Part shown: positions 25,157-32,000 of the stretch, piece after piece | Position numbering within the stretch: position 1 is the stretch's first letter | Layout: each line of letters starts with the position of its first letter | DNA from: Flavobacteriaceae bacterium | GTDB taxonomy: Bacteria > Bacteroidota > Bacteroidia > Flavobacteriales > Flavobacteriaceae | Direction: 5' to 3' | NCBI GenBank assembly: GCA_965224465.1 | Contig: OZ245049.1 | Location: 150,001-182,000 of the forward strand | DNA: 32,000 nucleotides | Translations under genes and position numbers: made by a program | The notes under the pieces: generated by a model | Seen by the model: the letters and a program-made list of their open reading frames with translations, nothing else | Told to the model about the DNA's origin: nothing | Databases searched by the model: none

Positions 25157-26728
25157 CTCAAGTTTCGCACTTAGATAGATTTACGCAACCTCTTGATAGT
25201 TAAGCTTGTGGATATTCACTAGGAATCCAAAATCTTCAATATTCGCTATTATTTTACGTGTAACCATTTCAACATCAATAGATTCAATCATCTTTTCCAA
25301 AATGTCAATCACCAAGCTGATAACTGCTAATATCCTGATGTTTAGCTTATTCTCTATATAATCTTGTTTTAAATCTTTAAACAAGCCTCCTATAGTTTCG
25401 TAGGCTTCCATTCTATATCGAATACTGGTGAGTAAATATTGAACCATTATAATGCTTATTTGTGCGATTTGAATATCGAAATTAGTAGACTGACATTTTC
25501 CAAGACCAAACAACTGCTTAGCTTCTTTAAAAAACACTTCTATGGACCATCTGATACTGTATATTTCAATAGCCTTTACAAATTTCAGTGTTGTATCCGT
25601 TGATATTAACGTGTGCCATTTGCCATTCTTTCCACGTTTTGAAATAAATACAGCAACCTTAAGACCATCAATTTCAGTTATGTAATGATGGTAGTAATAA
25701 TTGAATTTACGGCATCGTTTTGGTTTTATTTTCTGTTTTTTGAGTTGTGACAACGTTTTTATCTTTGATCGAACTTCAATCTTACTGTTGTATTTATACA
25801 TCCCAATAATATGAGTTGAACTACTAATGTTCCGTAGCTTTCTAAGTAATTTAACACTTGTAAACCAGGTGTCTATTAAGATGTAATCTATGGGGATTTT
25901 ACGTTTTACAAGCCTTGAGAACATTTGAACTAGCAGGTCTGTTTTCTTTTTATTGAGTTCCTGATACCTCTTTGCTGCAATTGTTTTACTACATCTTGGA
26001 GTTTTCTTTTGAAGCCTACGTTGCTTCGCCGTTAGACCGTATTTTAATTTTGATGTTTTACTTTCACGATGCAAACTAAAGTCAACAGGGATAAATACAC
26101 TTCCATTCCAATAACCAGCTACAAGTAGCTTAAAGCCTAGGTAATACGTTTTTGACACATGGTTGTATATTTTTGAAACACCTTCAATTGTCTTTCCTGT
26201 TTTAGAAAGATCAGTATCGTCAAAGATCAAGCACTTTGTAGCGTCTTGAGATGGAGTAAAGAACTCTTCTTTTAATAGATATTGCTTCACAAACTGAGCT
26301 AGAAAAACCCTCCAATTTATCTTTTGATTTGCTAGGATTCGATAGTATGAATCTTTACCCGACTGACCTAATCCCTTGTCTTTACTACTTGTAAGTCCAT
26401 GAATAGAATCAAATCCGATAATAGGTAAAATTAAAAGTGTAGAGATTAAATTACCGAATGAAATCCCCGATTTCTTACACCAACTAAACTTGTTTTTAAT
26501 TTTATTGAATCCTAAAATATTTAGATGTGCTTGTAGGTATTCTGAACTAAGCCAAATCTTATTAAATTTTCCTTTTATCTCCTGTGTTTTTGTGATATCT
26601 TCGTGTTCTAGCATGTTTTGTACTTTCTTGTTCGTACTTAAAAGTACAATAAAACCAGGGGATTACCTTGGTTTTCATGCTATTTATTTTTACTTAAACA
26701 CCTGTAAATGATGGGTGCGAAACTTGAG
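25157..26728 (-). mobile_element. IS4-family insertion sequence (1572 bp)
   Basis: Perfect 14-bp terminal inverted repeats: CTCAAGTTTCGCAC at 25157-25170 and its complement at 26715-26728. A 9-bp target-site duplication, TTTTCTTAA, lies at 25148-25156 and 26729-26737. Confidence 0.95.
25181..26614 (-). CDS. IS4-family DDE transposase
   Basis: 477 aa. YSIRWSIEVFFKEAK matches the Y-2-R-3-E-6-K signature of the IS4 family. Confidence 0.9.
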   Translation of the reverse strand: MLEHEDITKTQEIKGKFNKIWLSSEYLQAHLNILGFNKIKNKFSWCKKSGISFGNLISTLLILPIIGFDSIHGLTSSKDKGLGQSGKDSYYRILANQKINWRVFLAQFVKQYLLKEEFFTPSQDATKCLIFDDTDLSKTGKTIEGVSKIYNHVSKTYYLGFKLLVAGYWNGSVFIPVDFSLHRESKTSKLKYGLTAKQRRLQKKTPRCSKTIAAKRYQELNKKKTDLLVQMFSRLVKRKIPIDYILIDTWFTSVKLLRKLRNISSSTHIIGMYKYNSKIEVRSKIKTLSQLKKQKIKPKRCRKFNYYYHHYITEIDGLKVAVFISKRGKNGKWHTLISTDTTLKFVKAIEIYSIRWSIEVFFKEAKQLFGLGKCQSTNFDIQIAQISIIMVQYLLTSIRYRMEAYETIGGLFKDLKQDYIENKLNIRILAVISLVIDILEKMIESIDVEMVTRKIIANIEDFGFLVNIHKLNYQEVA

Positions 26729-28160
26729 TTTTCTTAATTACTTTTTCAATTGAGCTTTTCAAACCTTGGTCTGAAAATATTACAGAATAGTCATCTCCAA
26801 AAAGCCAAGTATTTTTTTCAAATGCTTTGTGAACTGTTGATTCTAGAGTTTTTGGATTTTCGATTAAAATATTAAGTTCATCTAAAAACCTTAATCGATT
26901 AATTGCTTGATTTGTAATTATACTCATTTCTAAAAAACCGAATTGAGAAAGTGCTTCTGCAAATTTTTCAACATCTCCAGTTCTAGTTTCTTCAATATTT
27001 TGAACGATTTCCCAATAATAATCTTTTTCCATTGCAGAAACCATAACAGAAATAACTGTATTTATTCTGTCTTCAGTTTCTCCATAAAACTTTTCTAAAA
27101 CTTTATACAAAGCTTTCTTTGCAAAAGGTTGTTTATGCTCTGGAAGCTTTTCAAGTTCCTTGTTAATCTTTCTTTGATAACGAGCTTTTGCCATTTTCAT
27201 ATCTGTAGCAAAAACTTCATCAACTGATTTTCTTAACTGTTCAGTTGTATTTACTGTAAGTGAATTATAAAGTTTACTATTGTCAATTACAGCACCAAAA
27301 TCTGCTGTTAAATCATCTTCTAAATCATCACAAACTATTTCTCCGTATACTCGATTTTGTAATTTTTTAGGAATAATTTCATCTTTTGAAAGAAAATTCT
27401 GAGGTCTACCAATTATTTTATTGTTTACTCTAATAGCAATACCAGATTGTTTAATAGGTTTTTCCGTTATCGTATAATTCAGCGTTGCCATTTTGCCATT
27501 CGGTAATTCTATTCTTTCCGAATATGATTTACCTTGAAGATCTAAAACACCAATGCTTTCTCCATTTATCGTAATATCAAAGTCCATTTCTCGACCATAA
27601 TCACGAATTAGTATTTCTTTTAATCTCTCTGGGTTTGGAAAATTGAAGTTTTGATTTATTCCTTCAAGTGTAATTTTTGTTCCGTGTTTGGTTTTGTCAC
27701 AGTCAGAAGTATTTATTGGAAGTGGGACTTTTTCTAAATCGTAACCAGCTTTTGCTAAATCATCTTTATTAATTGTTAAAGAAGTCATTTTTCCATTAAC
27801 AAATGTTTCAATAGTCATTTGGCTAGCAACCATCAAACCTGAAAATTTCCCAATCCCTTTACGTCCTTTGACTTTTCTTTTTTTCGTAAAAGTGGTATTT
27901 CCTTTTCGGGAAGTTCTACTATTTGCGATATTCAAATATTCATTTCGCACTTCCATCTCTTTCATTCCAGAACCATCATCTTCTATGATGATTTTAGGGT
28001 CAGGCGTTAATTCATCGGGGAGAATGATTGTGACGTTTTCGGAGTCAGCATCATATGCATTGTCTATTAATTCTTTTGTAGCTTCTTCGACTGAACGATA
28101 TGTTTCGCCTAATAACTTTGCTAACTTAGGGTCAACTTTAAAATGTGCTGGTTTTGTCAT
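26729..28160 (-). pseudogene. N-terminal part of the IS-disrupted GHKL-ATPase/DUF4263 (Shedu-like) gene
   Basis: The Bergerat fold motifs ELIDNAYDAD and IIIEDDGSGM are present. The ORF runs into the IS and ends after 10 IS-encoded codons. Joined to 24825-25147, it gives 1755 nt (584 aa) in frame. Confidence 0.85.
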
Positions 28161-28199
28161 ATTTTTTTGAAATACTAATGTTTTTTTTGCCTTGCATAT

Positions 28200-28389
28200 A
28201 ACACCCGTATATCGACTATAGAACTCTTAGAGTAGCTGTTATTTCTAACATAGCTAGAGTAGAATGAGTGATTATTTGTTTTTTTGTTAAAAGTATTCAA
28301 ATTTCTTAAATTTTCAAGTTGCCCAACGATTTTTTTATTATTATTTCGATGGTCTTGGTGTACATCTCTGTGGTTTTGGAGAAGCATAG
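28200..28389 (+). repeat. R2 copy 4 (proximal variant B)
   Basis: Starts AACACCCGTATATCGACTATAG, 39 nt upstream of the GHKL gene's ATG. The third copy of the 64-bp core follows at 28401-28464. Confidence 0.9.
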
Positions 28390-28411
28390 TTTTATATTAA
28401 TACAATCCAAA

Positions 28412-28510
28412 ATGACAGATGTAAATAGTTTATTTTATGTGCTGGCGTTGTTAAAAAACAGAACCATAGTATGGATATTCATCCATTTTTTACCTAGCTA
28501 TAAGAAGTAG
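28412..28510 (+). CDS. Tiny hydrophobic ORF, presumed native copy (32 aa, MTDVNSLFYVLALLKNRTIVWIFIHFLPSYKK)
   Basis: Over the first 20 codons there are 8 nucleotide differences from the copy at 5693. Seven are synonymous third-position changes and one gives C to S. This pattern indicates selection on the protein. Confidence 0.5.
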   Translation: MTDVNSLFYVLALLKNRTIVWIFIHFLPSYKK

Positions 28511-28644
28511 TTTCAACCCTCCTAATTTACACCTTATTTTGAGGAAGAATCATCAGTTTTATATTTATTATTTTTAATTAGTCTAAATAAAGTAGTTATT
28601 TAGAGTTAGTTTTCATAGTTTTGCAACTTCAAAAAATAGTCCCC

Positions 28645-31467
28645 ATGTTAAAATTTAAGTTAATTCTTCTAGTTATCCTTCTAAGTATTTCAGCTTCGTT
28701 ATTGGCACAAAACAATAGTTTAAAGCAGCATAAAAACTTAAAGATGGGTGTCTTAAAAAACGGCATCACCTATTATATTTATCCTAGTAAGGTTGTTCAA
28801 AATACGGCTAGTTTTTTTCTAATACAGAATGTCGGCTCCATTTTAGAAGCACCAAATCAACAAGGTTTAGCACATTTTTTAGAGCACATGGCTTTTAATG
28901 GCACAGAGCATTTTAAAGGAAAGTCCTTATTGGATTTTTATGAAAAGCAGGGAATTGAATTTGGAAGAGATATTAATGCGTATACAAGTTTTGACGAAAC
29001 GGTATACAATCTGAGTAGCATTCCTATCAAAGAAGAAAAGATGATTGATGCATCACTATTGGTACTGGCAGATTGGGCAAATGGTCTTACGCTTGCTCCA
29101 AAAGAGATAGATGCAGAACGCGGTGTTGTAAAAGAAGAATGGAGAACAACAAATTCGGCAGGGTATAGGGTGTATGAAACGATGCTCCCAGCATTGTACA
29201 ACCAATCAAAGTATGCAAGAAGACCTCCCATTGGTAATATGGATATTGTAGCTGGTTTTTCCTACGATGCATTACGAGATTTTTACCACCATTGGTACAG
29301 GACAGATTTACAAGCTATTGTTGTTATAGGTGATGTGGATGTAACGCATATAGAAGATAAAATAATAGCTCAGTTCTCAAAAATACCCCCAGTTAAAAAC
29401 AGAAAAACTAGATATAACATTCCAATTCCAGATTCAAAAGAGTTGGTGTATAAATTGGCATTGGATAAGGAAATTTCCACTGCTAACATTAGTTATGTAG
29501 TTCGGTTTTCTAAAAAATCAGTAACTAAAACCCGTAAAGATATTGCGCTGGACATCTACAGAGAGTTAGCATTATCAATGGTTAACAGTCGTTTGGAAGA
29601 ACTAAGACAACAGGAAGCTGTTCCAATTTTAAAGGCCTATAGTTATTTTGGATCATTGGCGCGTTTATCAAATCAATTTGGGATTCAAATATACCCAAAA
29701 TTAGGAAAGCAAGAAGCAGCCTTTGAATTTGTGATGACGGAGTTTGAACGTGCTAAAAAATATGGTTTCTTGGAAAGTGAAATTAAAAGAGCAATCACTA
29801 ATTTAAAGTTAGGATATAAATTAAGAATCGAAAAAGAACCAGAATTATCCCACGACCATATACTCAATAAGATCAAGCATCAATATTTAGACAAAGAAAA
29901 TATGCTTGATTTAGCTACAGAATATATAGAGATAACAAAGGTACTGAAAAACTTAGATCCCATAAAGGTGCAACAGGCTCTTCAACATTTATTTACTTCG
30001 GATAATAGACTGGTGTTGGTTACAGGAATTGTAGGAGAATCCAATGTGTCAGAAAACAAAATTATTGCCTTATTGGAAAAGATCCAAATAAAAGAGTTAG
30101 CACCTTATAAAGAAGATGTTGTATCTGCTAATTTATTAGATGGATTGCAACTTATAAAAGGGAGTATAAAAGAAGAAATTTACCACAGTTCTATAGATGC
30201 TTATACTTTTGTTCTCTCAAATGGATGTAAGGTGCATTATAAATTTGCAAATAAAAATAAAGGAGACTTTTATATTACAGGGCAAAGTGATGGAGGAAGT
30301 TCCTTGTACAAACCAGAAGATTTACCTTCGGTTAATTTTATTAATACACTTGTAAGTGGTTCTGGATTGTATGTACATACCAATAGTCAATTACAAAAAA
30401 TATTAACAGGAAAGGTCGCAAGGATTGGAATGGGCGTTTCTGAAACAAATGAAACGTTTACGGGCTATGCTTTGTCTAAAGATGCGGATGTTTTGTTTCA
30501 ACAATTTTATTTGAAATTTACACATCCTAGATTTGAGAGAAAGGTCTTCAATCGAAAAATCGAAAATCTTAGAAAACGATTGTTAACAAAAGATAAAAAT
30601 ATGCGTTCTGTTAAACGGGACAGTCTACAAGTGGCTATTTACGGGAACGATAATCCGAGAATGTTTCTCAGAGATGCAGCGTATATAGATGCCATTTCTA
30701 TGGATAAAGTAGTTTTATTTTACAAGGAGCGTTTTCAAGAGATTGCTGATTTTGAATTCTTTATTGTCGGTGATATTTCTAAGGATGTTTTAAAACCTTT
30801 ATTGACTCAGTTTATAGCAGCGATTCCTACAAAAGGAGGGGCTAAAGAAAATTTTGTAGATCAAAAAACAAATTGGAAATCTAAGCAGATTGAAAAAAAT
30901 ATTTTTATCGACATGAAAAACCCAAAAGCGGATGTTCGCATGAAATGGAAAAACGCAAATTTCCCATACACAAATAGGCATACCATTCTTGCGAGTATTT
31001 TAGCGGATGTATTGCGATTGCGTTTTACAGCAACTTTGAGAGAAGAAGAAGGAGGTACCTATGGCGCATCTGTTTCTTGTAGGGTATATGACAGGCCTAA
31101 CGAATTTTTAGAATTGTCCGTAAGTTTTGATTGTGAGCCTAGTAAATCAGAAAAACTTATTCAAATTGTATATCGGGAGATTGATAAGATTAAAAAGGGA
31201 ATTATTTCCAATCACGACCTAGAGAAAACAATTAAAAGCGATCTAAAGTCTCGGATTGATAGTAAAAACTTCAACCATTTTTCCTATTCTCAATTGCATA
31301 CGTATATCACTAGAAATTATAATATGGATGCACCTGTTAATTTTGAACACATACTAGAAAGTATTACAAAAAAAGAGTTGCAACAATTTGTAATTGATTT
31401 TTTTAATAATGAGTTGTATTCGTACAAAATTGTTTTTCAACCTTTGGAAGTAACTGTAAACAAATAA
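28645..31467 (+). CDS. M16-family (insulinase/pitrilysin-like) zinc peptidase, secreted
   Basis: The HFLEHMAFNG motif is the inverted zinc-binding HxxEH. The ATG at 28645 gives a signal peptide (MLKFKLILLVILLSISASLLAQ). The size indicates two M16 halves. Confidence 0.9.
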   Translation: MLKFKLILLVILLSISASLLAQNNSLKQHKNLKMGVLKNGITYYIYPSKVVQNTASFFLIQNVGSILEAPNQQGLAHFLEHMAFNGTEHFKGKSLLDFYEKQGIEFGRDINAYTSFDETVYNLSSIPIKEEKMIDASLLVLADWANGLTLAPKEIDAERGVVKEEWRTTNSAGYRVYETMLPALYNQSKYARRPPIGNMDIVAGFSYDALRDFYHHWYRTDLQAIVVIGDVDVTHIEDKIIAQFSKIPPVKNRKTRYNIPIPDSKELVYKLALDKEISTANISYVVRFSKKSVTKTRKDIALDIYRELALSMVNSRLEELRQQEAVPILKAYSYFGSLARLSNQFGIQIYPKLGKQEAAFEFVMTEFERAKKYGFLESEIKRAITNLKLGYKLRIEKEPELSHDHILNKIKHQYLDKENMLDLATEYIEITKVLKNLDPIKVQQALQHLFTSDNRLVLVTGIVGESNVSENKIIALLEKIQIKELAPYKEDVVSANLLDGLQLIKGSIKEEIYHSSIDAYTFVLSNGCKVHYKFANKNKGDFYITGQSDGGSSLYKPEDLPSVNFINTLVSGSGLYVHTNSQLQKILTGKVARIGMGVSETNETFTGYALSKDADVLFQQFYLKFTHPRFERKVFNRKIENLRKRLLTKDKNMRSVKRDSLQVAIYGNDNPRMFLRDAAYIDAISMDKVVLFYKERFQEIADFEFFIVGDISKDVLKPLLTQFIAAIPTKGGAKENFVDQKTNWKSKQIEKNIFIDMKNPKADVRMKWKNANFPYTNRHTILASILADVLRLRFTATLREEEGGTYGASVSCRVYDRPNEFLELSVSFDCEPSKSEKLIQIVYREIDKIKKGIISNHDLEKTIKSDLKSRIDSKNFNHFSYSQLHTYITRNYNMDAPVNFEHILESITKKELQQFVIDFFNNELYSYKIVFQPLEVTVNK

Positions 31468-31572
31468 GTATTCACCAAAAGAACCAACGCAAAGTTTTTC
31501 TATTCGAAAGACAGTATTTATACGTCTGATTTTAAAAGAAAGAATGATTCTAAATAACATAGAACTTATATA

Positions 31573-32000
31573 ATGAAGCAATTTATTTTTGGTTTGTCAT
31601 GGATGCTACTAAGCCTTTGTACAGGATTTGTCCAGTCACAAAATCGTGTTATTGAAGGGAATGTAACAACTATGGAAGGCAGGGGCTTATTTTTAGCTAC
31701 TGTTTATACTGTTGATAAGCGCTATTATGCGACAACAGATCAGGAAGGTTTTTTCAGCTTAGAAATCCCTGAAAACACCCATGTATTGTATGTTGTCTCC
31801 TTAGGATATGTTTTAAAAAAAGTACAATTATTAGAACATCTTACACCTAATTTAATTAATATTTATCTACAAGAAGAAACCTTACGTCTTCAAGAAGTGA
31901 TTGTTACAGCTAGAAAAAAAGAGAGTAGAGAAGGGACGAGTGTTTACAGAATATCTGGACAGGCTATAAAGCAAATTCAAGCCATTAGTTTAGGGGATGT
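31573..32000 (+). CDS. TonB-dependent receptor (CarboxypepD_reg domain plus start of the plug), N-terminal part; continues beyond the window
   Basis: The frame is open from the ATG at 31573 to the window end, so it is absent from the ORF track. It has a signal peptide. NRVIEGNVTT..G..L..ATV...TDQEGFFSL is the carboxypeptidase-regulatory-like fold, followed by the plug start. Confidence 0.8.
   Translation, partial: MKQFIFGLSWMLLSLCTGFVQSQNRVIEGNVTTMEGRGLFLATVYTVDKRYYATTDQEGFFSLEIPENTHVLYVVSLGYVLKKVQLLEHLTPNLINIYLQEETLRLQEVIVTARKKESREGTSVYRISGQAIKQIQAISLGD

Overview
AT-rich window that looks like Bacteroidota/Flavobacteriia: there is no obvious Shine-Dalgarno usage, and a CarboxypepD_reg-type TonB-dependent receptor and an M16 peptidase are present. 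Core genes sit at both edges. On the left are a nitrate/nitrite porter, a fused assimilatory nitrate reductase and a rubredoxin-domain protein (1-5618). On the right are a tiny ORF, an M16 peptidase and a TonB-dependent receptor (28412-32000). The ~22.7 kb in between is accessory DNA, almost all transcribed on the minus strand. It holds a complete type I R-M operon (hsdM, Bro-N/DinD-like, hsdS, four-helix-bundle gene, hsdR) and a GGCC-type (HaeIII/NgoPII-like) type II R-M pair. It also holds a GHKL-ATPase/DUF4263 (Shedu-like) gene split by an IS4-family IS, an uncharacterised two-gene operon (unknown protein plus ChaC/GGCT-like protein), and orphan secreted, lipoprotein and immunity-like genes. 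One group II intron family is present as four copies: one full length with a decayed RT, two 5'-truncated, and one ORF-less mini copy. The most interesting signal is architectural. Three direct copies of a 64-bp core, together with two long conserved non-coding modules (R1 ~425 bp, R2 ~200 bp), form a B-O-P' / P-O-P' / P-O-B' junction pattern. This is what two integrase-less elements inserted in tandem into the 5' end of a tiny conserved ORF would produce. R2 also recurs upstream of four unrelated cassettes. A second signal is an ATTACGAAT-type palindromic element, resembling an rRNA intervening sequence, that carries the four-helix-bundle gene. An ORF-less copy of it is inserted in frame in hsdS. 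All homology calls come from motif recognition by eye and memory; nothing was searched.
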